Shown here piece after piece: positions 21,201-29,847 of a stretch of 64,000 nt of DNA. Source of the DNA: Cyanobacteriota bacterium (GTDB lineage: Bacteria; Cyanobacteriota; Cyanobacteriia; Cyanobacteriales; Nostocaceae); the NCBI GenBank assembly GCA_046045965.1, contig JBJOKS010000002.1:1-64000 (forward strand). The letters run 5' to 3'. The notes beneath the pieces are model-generated. The model searched no databases and had not been told where the DNA came from. It worked only from the letters and a program-made list of their open reading frames with translations. Positions within the stretch are counted from its first letter, which is position 1, and every line of letters begins with the position of its first letter. The position numbers were made by a program, and so were the translations under genes.

Positions 21201-22810
21201 AAATACCTAATACAATTGTCCATTTGTGGAGTGTTTCCCAATCACAAGCTTTATCTTGGGAAACAACTCAGAATTTAGGTTTTTACAGTCTTGTTTATCT
21301 AGCGCAAGCTATTGGACAACAGCAGATAAGTGATAAAATTCAACTGTTTGTGATTGCCAATCATCTGCATAATATTACAGGAAATGAAGAATTATATCCT
21401 GAAAAAACAACTATCTTGGGTGCTTGTAAAGTCATTCCTCAAGAATATCAGAATATAACTTGTCGTTTGGTTGATATTGTACTACCAACATTAGCCAGTG
21501 AAGACTTTATAGCGCAATTACTAGGAGAATTAACCGCAGAATCACAAGATGCTATCATTGCTTACCGTAATAATTACCGTTGGGTACAAACTTTTGAACC
21601 TATTTCTCTAGAACCAGCTAGCGCAGATAAAGTCAAGTTAAGAAAAAACGGAGTTTATCTAATTACAGGTGGTATGGGAGGTATGGGTTTCACATTAGCA
21701 GAATACCTTGCCAAAACCGTACAAGCTAAACTGATTTTATTAGGACGTTCGGTAACATCGGAAAATGCAAAAATTAAGGAATTAGAAGCTTTGGGTGCGG
21801 AAGTATTGGTAATTGCTGCTGATGTGACAAATGATGAGCAAATGCAAAATGTTATTGCTCAATCTTTAGAAAGTTTTGGTAAAATTAATGGTGTGATTCA
21901 TGCTGCTGGGGTTGCTGGTGCGGGAATGATTCAACTCAAAACCCCAGAAATTGCCGAAAGTGTTTTTGATCCTAAAGTTAAAGGCACAATAGTATTAAAT
22001 AATGTCCTCAAAAATCAAGATTTAGACTTTTTAGTTCTTTGTTCATCTTTAAGTTCAATTCAAGGAGGATTTGGACAGGTAGATTATTGTGCTGCCAATA
22101 CATTTTTAGATGCCTTTGCACAATGGAATAAAACAACAAATAACAGATTAACAATTGCTATTAATTGGGATGCTTGGCAACAAGTTGGCATGGCAGTTAA
22201 TACCAATGTTCCCAATGAAATCAAAAACTGGCGGGAAGAAACTTTAAAAAATGCTATTCTACCCACAGAAGGAATAGATGTCTTTAGCCGCATTTTAGCT
22301 AATTCACTACCACAAGTTCTACCACAAGTTATAGTTTCTACCCAAGATTTACAAACAGGGATTGGGCAACTTAACCAATTGATTGTATCTTTATCAATTG
22401 CTCAAAAACCAGCAAATACTGTTCAAGTATCTGCTAGTAGACATTCACGTACTCTGCAAGAAAATACTTATGTAGCTCCTCGTAACGAAATTGAACAAAC
22501 TATTGTGAATATCTGGGAAGAACTCATAGGTATTGAAAAAGTAGGGATTCACGATAACTTCTTTGAATTAGGGGGACATTCTTTATTAGCAGTCCAAACT
22601 ATATCCCGGATTCGAGAAACTTTTCAAATTGAATTACCACTGCGTACCCTTCTCTTTGATGCTCCTACAGTTAACGAATTATCTAATATTATCATTGCAA
22701 AACAACCACAATCAGAAGAACTTGATGAAATAGCGCAGCTATTAGCAGAAGTAGAAAATCTTTCCTATGCAGAACTACAAAAACAACTAGCTCAAGAAAC
22801 AGCAATATGA
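18254..22810 (+). CDS. Type I PKS module KS-AT(malonyl)-KR-ACP
   Basis: KS TACSTS and HGTGT; AT GHSIG and HAFHS; KR GGMGGMG and YCAAN; carrier LGGHSL; no DH, ER or MT seen. Confidence 0.93.
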   Translation: MESIAIIGISGRFPGAKNITEFWQNLYDGVEAISQFSDEELIAAGVDSLLLNNPNYIKVGSVLEDIDLFDAGFFGFNPKEAEMTDPQHRLFLECAWEALENAGYDVQRCESRIGVYAGASLNNYLSFNLNIDQIGSAHSFQKLIGNDKDFLSTRVSYKLNLTGPSLTIQTACSTSLVATALACQSLLNYQCDMALAGGASVRVPQKTGYLHQEGGILSPDGHCRAFDAKAQGTVIGNGVGVVLLKRLSDAIADSDHIYAVIKGSAINNDGSSKVGYTAPSVNGQAEAIAEAIALADIEPETITYIETHGTGTALGDPIEISALTNVFRAETDKKGFCAIGSVKTNIGHLDAAAGVTGLIKTALSLQHKLIPPSLNFEQPNPEIDFANSPFYVNTKLTEWNTNHIPRRAGVSSLGIGGTNAHVILEEAPEQVKNQKSKVKNQYLLCLSAKTDSALETTTENLVQHLKQNPDLDLADVAYTLQVGRSIFNYRRFVVCQNIQEAINTLENPDNQQVLTHFEEPTKRAITFMFSGQGSQYVNMGKELYENEPTFREQVDSCCLLLEPYLGLDLRAVIYPQDSEKQATVEQLKQTSLAQPALFVIEYALAQLWISWGISPQAMIGHSIGEYVAACLAGIMSLKDALNIVAVRGKLMQQISPGAMLSVSASANEIKDLITENLDLAVINSPSLCVISGTNQAIDELQEKLTTLNIEFRRLHTSHAFHSFMMEEMLDSFIAEVTKVKLNPPQIPFISNLTGTWITPEQATSPNYWAQHLRQTVNFSAGLSVLLQETESILLEVGPGRTLCSLVKQHTQQAAGQVVLPSLRHPQEEKSDINFLLNILGRLWLAGVEINWSGYYSHEQRYRVPLPTYPFERQRYWIEPEIQKPVINKAGKKANIDEWFYIPSWKRVPIIKTKDINSGCSLIFVDESSIGSELGQRFQELGQDVITVKVGEIFKQVDSDIYTINPKQADDYHQLLRQLREEGKIPNTIVHLWSVSQSQALSWETTQNLGFYSLVYLAQAIGQQQISDKIQLFVIANHLHNITGNEELYPEKTTILGACKVIPQEYQNITCRLVDIVLPTLASEDFIAQLLGELTAESQDAIIAYRNNYRWVQTFEPISLEPASADKVKLRKNGVYLITGGMGGMGFTLAEYLAKTVQAKLILLGRSVTSENAKIKELEALGAEVLVIAADVTNDEQMQNVIAQSLESFGKINGVIHAAGVAGAGMIQLKTPEIAESVFDPKVKGTIVLNNVLKNQDLDFLVLCSSLSSIQGGFGQVDYCAANTFLDAFAQWNKTTNNRLTIAINWDAWQQVGMAVNTNVPNEIKNWREETLKNAILPTEGIDVFSRILANSLPQVLPQVIVSTQDLQTGIGQLNQLIVSLSIAQKPANTVQVSASRHSRTLQENTYVAPRNEIEQTIVNIWEELIGIEKVGIHDNFFELGGHSLLAVQTISRIRETFQIELPLRTLLFDAPTVNELSNIIIAKQPQSEELDEIAQLLAEVENLSYAELQKQLAQETAI
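19544..19576 (+). repeat. In-frame (G/A)TCAAAA heptamer array in the KS-AT linker
   Basis: GTCAAAA-ATCAAAA-GTCAAAA-GTCAAAA-ATCAA, encoding VKNQKSKVKNQ. Confidence 0.8.
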
Positions 22811-23895
22811 AATTCAGTATTCTCTACTTTTCCGGTGATGGTTCAACAACAGAATCAGATAAATATAAACTGTTACTAGAAACAGCTAAATTGGCTGACA
22901 AAAATGGGTTTACAGCCGTATGGACTCCCGAACGCCATTTTCATCCTTTCGGGGGTTTGTATCCCAATCCTTCGGTAATTAGTGCAGCTTTGGCAATGAT
23001 AACTGAGAACATTCAACTGAGATCAGGTAGTGTTGTCATGCCATTACAACATCCTGTTAGAGTTGCTGAAGAATGGGCAGTAGTTGATAATTTATCTGGT
23101 GGTAGAGTTGGACTTTGTTTTGCACCTGGTTGGCACGCTGATGATTTTTTATTACGTCCAGAAAATTACACTGAACGTAAAGAAATTATGTGGCGTGACA
23201 TCGAGATTTTACAAAATCTTTGGCAAGGTAAAGAAAGTGAATTTGTTAATGGTTCAGGTAATAAAGTTAAGGTAAAAACATTTCCTCGACCCATACAACC
23301 TGAAGTACCAATTTGGGTTACTTGTCAAGCAGATTCTACGTTTATTGGTGCAGGTAAAATAGGTGCTAATGTTTTAACTTCTTTATTATATGCAACTATT
23401 GATGATTTAGCCCAGCAAATATCCCTATATCGTCGAACTTTGGCACAATATGGACATGATCCAAAAAGTTGCAAAGTTTCTTTAATGATGCACACCTATA
23501 TAGGAGATAATGAACAATTAGTTAAACAACAAGTAAAGCGACCTTTTTGTAATTACCTGAAAACACATTTTGGCTTAGTTGAAACCTTAGCTAAACGCAT
23601 CAACTTTCAATTCAGTCCTGAAAATTTTACAGAAGAAGACAGACAACAGCTTTTAGAATTTGCCTTTGAGCGATATTTCCAACAAGGTAGAGTGTTAATT
23701 GGTACGCCAGAAACTTGTCGTCAAACAATTGATCGCTTAACAGAAATTGGTGTAGATGAAATAGCTTGTTTGGTTGATTTTGGCTTGGAATTTAATACAG
23801 TAATGACAAGCTTGAATAAATTAACAGACTTCAAGCAAAACTATCAGTCAATAAAAAACATAAGTAAATATTCTAGTCTCAGCTTATTTGGGTGA
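22807..23895 (+). CDS. Stand-alone luciferase-like flavin monooxygenase (natural-product type)
   Basis: AVWTPERHFHPFGGLYPNPSV and RVAEEWAVVDNLSGGRVG motifs; ATGA overlap with the PKS gene. Confidence 0.92.
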   Translation: MKFSILYFSGDGSTTESDKYKLLLETAKLADKNGFTAVWTPERHFHPFGGLYPNPSVISAALAMITENIQLRSGSVVMPLQHPVRVAEEWAVVDNLSGGRVGLCFAPGWHADDFLLRPENYTERKEIMWRDIEILQNLWQGKESEFVNGSGNKVKVKTFPRPIQPEVPIWVTCQADSTFIGAGKIGANVLTSLLYATIDDLAQQISLYRRTLAQYGHDPKSCKVSLMMHTYIGDNEQLVKQQVKRPFCNYLKTHFGLVETLAKRINFQFSPENFTEEDRQQLLEFAFERYFQQGRVLIGTPETCRQTIDRLTEIGVDEIACLVDFGLEFNTVMTSLNKLTDFKQNYQSIKNISKYSSLSLFG

Positions 23896-23902
23896 ATTAA
23901 TT

Positions 23903-26900
23903 ATGAAAGATATAAATGAAAGAATTGCCGCCTTATCCCCCGAACAACGAGCATTGTTTGAAATGCGGCTGAAGCAAAAAAATTTACAGATTAAAAAATC
24001 AACATCAATTCCGAAAAGAACAGCATCGGATATTTTAACGTTATCTTTAAGTCAAGAGAGGTTGTGGTTACTGCATCAACTACAACCAGATACACCTTTA
24101 TATAATGAATCTAGCCTGTTGCGTCTGACAGGTGTGCTTAATACTATAGCTTTAGAAAAAAGTATTAATGAAATTATTAACAGGCACGAAATTCTCCGCA
24201 CTAGCTTTCAGATTGTAGATGAGCAAACTTTACAAGTTATTGCTCCTCAAGTTACATTTAAACTAACAATTGTTGAATTACCAACCTACTCAGAAACAGA
24301 AGTAAATCAAATTGTCACAGAAAAAGCTCGTCAACCTTTTGCTCTGAGCCAAGCACCACTGTTTCGGGGTATGCTAATTCGTATTAGTGAGCAAGAACAT
24401 ATTTTGCTACTTACTAAGCATCACATTATTTCTGATGGTTGGTCATGGCAAATATTTTATCGAGAATTAGCAGTATTATACCAAGGTGTCTGTCAAAATG
24501 TTCCGGCAAAATTGCCAGAATTACCTATTCAATACGCAGATTTTGCACTGTGGCAAAGACAAGATTTACATGAGAAATCCCATCAGCTTAATTATTGGCA
24601 GCAGCAACTCAAAGATGTACCACCAATTCTCAATTTACCAACAGATTATCCCCGTCCTGCACAGCAAAGCTTTAAAGGTGCGCGGGCAACTATTATAATT
24701 CCGCAAATACTAACAAATGCACTCAAATCTTTAAGTCAACAGGAAGGCGTTACCCTGTTTATGGTATTGTTGGCAGCCTTTAAAACCCTGCTTTACCGTT
24801 ACACAGGACAGACAGATTTATTAGTTGGGACTCCCGTTGCCAACCGCACACACAGCGAAATTGAGAATTTACTTGGATGTTTTGTTAACACTTTAGTTTT
24901 ACGGACTGAAGTATCTGGAGAATTGAGTTTTAGAGATTTGGTAAAACGAGTCCGCGAGACTGCTTTAGCTGCTTATACTCATCAAGAATTGCCCTTTGAA
25001 CAGCTAGTTAAAGAACTACAACCGGAACGAACATTAAGCCACACTCCTCTATTTCAGGTGATGTTCGTCTTCCAAGATGCACCAATGTTAGCTCTACAAA
25101 TGCCAAATTTAACCTTATCTCCTTTAATGATAGATAACGGAACTGCTAAGTTTGATTTAACATTATATGTGGAAGATACAAAGGAAGAGTTAATAGGGTT
25201 TTTGGAATATAATACCGAGTTATTTAATAGTGACACCGTTAATCGTATGGTGGGACATTTACAAACTTTATTAGAGGGGATAATTGCTAATTCTGATCAA
25301 TGTATTTCTAAGTTGCCATTATTAACACCTTCTGAGCAGCATCAGTTATTAGTAGAATTTAACCAAAATAAATTAAAAATTCCACAGAACCAGTTTGAAC
25401 AATGCCTACATCATTTAATTGAAGCACAAGTAGAAAAAACACCTGATGCTATTGCAGTAGTTTTTGAAAATGAAAAACTTACTTATAAAGAATTAAATCA
25501 ACGTGCCAATCAATTAGCACATTACTTACAATTTTTAGGAATTAAACTAGAGGAGCGAATTTGTATTTGTTTAGAACGTTCCCCAGAAATGATAGTAGGA
25601 CTTTTAGGAATATTAAAAGCTGGTTGTGCTTATGTTCCAGTAGATCCTAATTATCCCCTAGAGCGTTTAGCTTTTCTATTAGCAGATTCCCAAGCATCAC
25701 TATTATTAACACAACAAAAAATATTAACAAAAATATCGGCATATCAAGGTCAAATTATTTGTTTAGATAGTGATTGGGAAAGGATAGCAGAATCTACACA
25801 AGATAACCCAATTACCAACATTAAACCTGATAGTTTAGCTTATATAATTTACACTTCTGGTTCTACAGGAAAACCCAAAGGAGCAATGAACACCCATCGG
25901 GGAATTTGTAATCGTCTCCTGTGGATGCAAAAAGTATATCAATTAACAGCAGATGATACTGTACTGCAAAAAACTCCTTTTAGTTTTGATGTATCAGTAT
26001 GGGAATTTTTCTGGACTTTAATCACAGGCACTCGTTTAGTAATTGCCCAACCAGAAGGACACAAAGATAGTACATATTTAGTTAATTTAATCTCCCAAGA
26101 AAGTATTACCACTCTACATTTTGTACCGTCAATGCTTCAGGTCTTCTTAGAAACTCCAGGAGTAGAAAAATTAAAATCTATCAAGCGGGTTATTTGTAGT
26201 GGTGAGGCTCTACCTTTCGCACTTCAACAACGCTTTTTTGATACTTTAGATGCCGAACTACATAATCTTTATGGACCAACAGAAGCCGCGATAGATGTTA
26301 CCTTCTGGAAGTGTCAAAAAGACAGTGATAAATCTATAGTTCCCATTGGTCGCCCAATTACCAACAACCAAATTTATTTATTAGATTCCCATTTACAACC
26401 AGTACCTATTGGCGTTCCTGGAGAATTACATATTGGTGGGGTAGGAGTAGCTAGAGGATATTTAAATCGGTCAGATTTAACCAAGGAAAAATTCATTCCT
26501 AATCCTTTTAGTAATCAACCAGAAAGTCGCCTTTACAAAACTGGAGACTTAGCAAGATATTTACCAGATGGTAATATTGAATATTTAGGAAGAATAGATA
26601 ATCAAGTCAAACTCAGAGGTTTTAGAATTGAATTAGGAGAGATTGAATCAGTATTATGTAAACATTCTGCTGTGCGGGAAGCTGTGGTTATTTTGCAGGA
26701 AAATAAATCTCTTGCCGCTTATATAGTTGTTCATGACAACGCTGCTTATTCTATTAATGAACTGCGAAATTATTTACAGAAACACTTACCAGAATATATG
26801 ATCCCTTCTGTGTTTGTGTTACTAGATAGTTTACCATTAACACCTAATGGTAAAATAGATCGTCGAGCATTACCAACGCCTGAACACACTCACCCAGAAT

Positions 26901-28621
26901 TAACACAAACTTTTATTCCTCCCAGTAACCCAACTGAAGAAATATTAGTAGAAATTTGGGCGAAAGTTTTGGGAATAGAACAAGTAGGTATTCACGATAA
27001 CTTTTTTAATTTAGGAGGACATTCTTTATTAGCAACTCAAGTCATTTCCCAAATACGAAAAGCATTAGGGGTAGAAATACCACTACGTCATTTATTTGCA
27101 TCACCCACAGTCTTTCAATTTGCTAAACATATAGAACAGGCAATTAATGAAAAAACAGAATTAAATTCATTAACCTTAATACCTGTTGACAGAAATACAG
27201 AATTACCGCTATCTTTTGGACAGCAAAGATTATGGTTTATTCATCAATTAGATCCTAAATCAACAGCCTATAATGGTTCTGATGTTGTGAAAATACAAGG
27301 TAAATTAGATATTACAGCATTAGAATCAAGCCTTAACGAAATTGTGCGCCGACATGAGGTTTTACGGACTTGCTTTGCAGTTGTTGAAGGGCGACCAATT
27401 CAGAAAATTATTCCCGAATTTAAAATACCTTTACCAATTGTAGATTTACAGAATTTACCAGTAATTGAAAAAGAAAAAGAAGCGCAAAGATTAGAGTTAG
27501 AAAATGCCCAGATACCTTTTGATTTATCACAAATTCCTCTATTGCGATTTGTGTTATTACGTCTCACTCAAGATGAATACATTTTGTTAGTAGCGACTCA
27601 TCATATTATCTCTGATGCTTGGTCAGCAGCAGTGTTAATTAAAGAGGTATCAATACTTTATCAAGCCTTTATTAATGGCGAAAATTCCCCTTTACCAGAG
27701 TTACCAATTCAATACGCTGATTATGCAGTTTGGCAACAACAATGGTTACAGGGTGAGAGACTTAATCATCAATTAAATTACTGGAAAAAACATTTAAAAA
27801 ATGCTAGAATAATTTTAGAATTACCAACTGATAAACCACGCAACAAACTACAAACTTCTTCAGGTAAAAAACACTTTTTTACCCTATCTTCAACTCTATC
27901 TAATAAGTTAAAATCTCTCAGTCAGCAAAAAGGAGTCACTTTATTTATGACTCTGCTGGCAGCTTTTAATACCTTGCTTTACCACTATACACAGCAAGAA
28001 GATATACTTGTAGGTTCTCCTATTGCTAACCGTAACCGCAGTGAATTAGAAGGGTTAATTGGCTTTTTTGTCAACACTTTAGTATTACGCACTAACCTTG
28101 CTCATAACCCTACTTTTCAAGAGTTATTACAACAGGTGAAAGAAACTGCTTTAGGAGCTTATGCACACCAAGATTTACCTTTTGAAAAGTTAGTAGCAGA
28201 ACTACAACTAGAGCGTACTTTAAATCATTCACCGCTATTTCAAGTATGGTTTGTTCTCCAAAATGCACCCAAATCAGATTTGAAATTAGACGGTTTAAAT
28301 CTGAGCATTTTAGAAGGTGAAAGTGGCACTGTTCGTCATGATTTAAAGCTGCAATTAACAGAAACACCCGAAGGTTTACAAGGTTTTTTTGAGTATAAAA
28401 CTGATTTATTTCATGCCACTACTATTAACCGGATGACAGTTGTTTTAGAAACACTACTCACAACTGTTGTAGAACAACCTAATATTCAACTTGACCAACT
28501 GGTAAAACTATTACAAGAAACAGAAAAACAACAACAAATCCGCCAAAATCAAGAATTACAAAAAAACAGGATTCAGAAATTAGGTAAAATAGAACGCAAA
28601 ACAATTATTGGCAACGATTAA
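23903..28621 (+). CDS. NRPS C-A(Ser)-T-C
   Basis: Likely start MKDINERIAALSPEQR (docking helix); C HHIISDG; Ser-type A (FDVSVWEF, TTLHF, VICSG, EAAID); second C HHIISDA at the C-terminus. Confidence 0.92.
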   Translation: MKDINERIAALSPEQRALFEMRLKQKNLQIKKSTSIPKRTASDILTLSLSQERLWLLHQLQPDTPLYNESSLLRLTGVLNTIALEKSINEIINRHEILRTSFQIVDEQTLQVIAPQVTFKLTIVELPTYSETEVNQIVTEKARQPFALSQAPLFRGMLIRISEQEHILLLTKHHIISDGWSWQIFYRELAVLYQGVCQNVPAKLPELPIQYADFALWQRQDLHEKSHQLNYWQQQLKDVPPILNLPTDYPRPAQQSFKGARATIIIPQILTNALKSLSQQEGVTLFMVLLAAFKTLLYRYTGQTDLLVGTPVANRTHSEIENLLGCFVNTLVLRTEVSGELSFRDLVKRVRETALAAYTHQELPFEQLVKELQPERTLSHTPLFQVMFVFQDAPMLALQMPNLTLSPLMIDNGTAKFDLTLYVEDTKEELIGFLEYNTELFNSDTVNRMVGHLQTLLEGIIANSDQCISKLPLLTPSEQHQLLVEFNQNKLKIPQNQFEQCLHHLIEAQVEKTPDAIAVVFENEKLTYKELNQRANQLAHYLQFLGIKLEERICICLERSPEMIVGLLGILKAGCAYVPVDPNYPLERLAFLLADSQASLLLTQQKILTKISAYQGQIICLDSDWERIAESTQDNPITNIKPDSLAYIIYTSGSTGKPKGAMNTHRGICNRLLWMQKVYQLTADDTVLQKTPFSFDVSVWEFFWTLITGTRLVIAQPEGHKDSTYLVNLISQESITTLHFVPSMLQVFLETPGVEKLKSIKRVICSGEALPFALQQRFFDTLDAELHNLYGPTEAAIDVTFWKCQKDSDKSIVPIGRPITNNQIYLLDSHLQPVPIGVPGELHIGGVGVARGYLNRSDLTKEKFIPNPFSNQPESRLYKTGDLARYLPDGNIEYLGRIDNQVKLRGFRIELGEIESVLCKHSAVREAVVILQENKSLAAYIVVHDNAAYSINELRNYLQKHLPEYMIPSVFVLLDSLPLTPNGKIDRRALPTPEHTHPELTQTFIPPSNPTEEILVEIWAKVLGIEQVGIHDNFFNLGGHSLLATQVISQIRKALGVEIPLRHLFASPTVFQFAKHIEQAINEKTELNSLTLIPVDRNTELPLSFGQQRLWFIHQLDPKSTAYNGSDVVKIQGKLDITALESSLNEIVRRHEVLRTCFAVVEGRPIQKIIPEFKIPLPIVDLQNLPVIEKEKEAQRLELENAQIPFDLSQIPLLRFVLLRLTQDEYILLVATHHIISDAWSAAVLIKEVSILYQAFINGENSPLPELPIQYADYAVWQQQWLQGERLNHQLNYWKKHLKNARIILELPTDKPRNKLQTSSGKKHFFTLSSTLSNKLKSLSQQKGVTLFMTLLAAFNTLLYHYTQQEDILVGSPIANRNRSELEGLIGFFVNTLVLRTNLAHNPTFQELLQQVKETALGAYAHQDLPFEKLVAELQLERTLNHSPLFQVWFVLQNAPKSDLKLDGLNLSILEGESGTVRHDLKLQLTETPEGLQGFFEYKTDLFHATTINRMTVVLETLLTTVVEQPNIQLDQLVKLLQETEKQQQIRQNQELQKNRIQKLGKIERKTIIGND

Positions 28622-28839
28622 CTATACTGAGATATCAAAAATATGAATTTAAAAACATTCAAAAGAAAATCAATTACTACCCAGATCCCCGACTTCTGTG
28701 ATCAATTTATAATTTATGGATACCATCAATAAAAGAAGTCGGGGATCTTATCGCCTCGCCTCACCTGAATCATTACCAATTAACTATAGGGAGATATCAA
28801 AAATATGAACTTAAAAACATTCAAAAGAAAATCAATTAC
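28617..28839 (+). repeat. 61-bp direct repeat (28617-28677 / 28779-28839) flanking a 15-bp inverted repeat (28683-28697 / 28734-28748)
   Basis: Copies differ at 3 positions; AGATCCCCGACTTCT...AGAAGTCGGGGATCT lies between them. Confidence 0.92.
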
Positions 28840-29812
28840 CGTATCTTCAGAAAATTTAGTAACTACTAATTTTTTGGAACATACTCAACCGCTACCTCTG
28901 GTCATTCAACCTGCTGTAGATGGCGTAAATTTAGTTAATTGGGCAACCAGTAATCGTGAGTGGATAGAGAAGCAATTAATTCAATATGGAGGGTTACTTT
29001 TCAGAAACTTTCCAGTTAATACCCATAGCGAATTTGCTAATTTTATGCAATCTGTGGCTGGTGATTTAATAGAATATTCTTATCGTTCCACTCCGCGTAG
29101 TCAAGTTGATGGTAAGATATACACATCAACAGAATATCCACCAGATCAATCAATTCCTTTACATAATGAAATGGCCTATTCTCTGAATTGGCCAATGAAA
29201 ATTGCCTTCTTTTGTGTCAAGGCAGCAGCACAAGGTGGAGAAACACCAATTGCTGATAGTCGGAAAGTTTTTCAAAGAATAAATCCAGCAATCAAAGAGA
29301 GATTTATTCAGAAAAATATTATGTATGTCCGTAATTATGGACAGGGAATTGATTTACCTTGGGAAACTGTATTTCAAACTAACGATAAAGCCGAAGTTGA
29401 AGCTTATTGTCAATCTACTGGCATTGAATTTGAATGGCTGAGTGGCAATAAACTGAGAACTCGCCAAGTTTGTCAAGCTGTTGCTACCCATCCTCAAACT
29501 GGTGATTTAGTTTGGTTTAATCAAGCCCATTTGTTTCATATCTCCAGCTTAAAAACTGAGGTTCGTCAATCTTTACTGACTGTACTAAATGCTGAGGAAT
29601 TACCACGTAATTCTTATTATGGAGATGGTTCAGAAATTGAAACATCTGTGTTAGAAGAAATTCATCAAATCTATGAGCAGGAAACAATCACATTCTCTTG
29701 GCAAGAAGGCGATATTTTACTGCTAGATAATATGTTGGTTGCTCATGGACGTAAGCCATTTACAGGTGCGAGAAAAGTTTTGGTAGGGATGGCACAACCT
29801 TATAAAGTTTAA
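28805..29812 (+). CDS. TauD/SyrP-like Fe(II)/2-oxoglutarate dioxygenase, probable aspartyl-PCP beta-hydroxylase
   Basis: YRSTPR, IYTSTEYP, IPLHNEMAY, WFNQAHLFH and DNMLVAHGR motifs; directly precedes the Asp module. Confidence 0.9.
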   Translation: MNLKTFKRKSITVSSENLVTTNFLEHTQPLPLVIQPAVDGVNLVNWATSNREWIEKQLIQYGGLLFRNFPVNTHSEFANFMQSVAGDLIEYSYRSTPRSQVDGKIYTSTEYPPDQSIPLHNEMAYSLNWPMKIAFFCVKAAAQGGETPIADSRKVFQRINPAIKERFIQKNIMYVRNYGQGIDLPWETVFQTNDKAEVEAYCQSTGIEFEWLSGNKLRTRQVCQAVATHPQTGDLVWFNQAHLFHISSLKTEVRQSLLTVLNAEELPRNSYYGDGSEIETSVLEEIHQIYEQETITFSWQEGDILLLDNMLVAHGRKPFTGARKVLVGMAQPYKV

Positions 29813-29847
29813 TATTGGAAATAAATTTAATTAATTAGAGATAAATT

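Noticed and set aside
22307..22330. 12-bp tandem duplication in the PKS (LPQV twice)
   Set aside because: In-frame micro-duplication at the end of the KR region with no evident consequence
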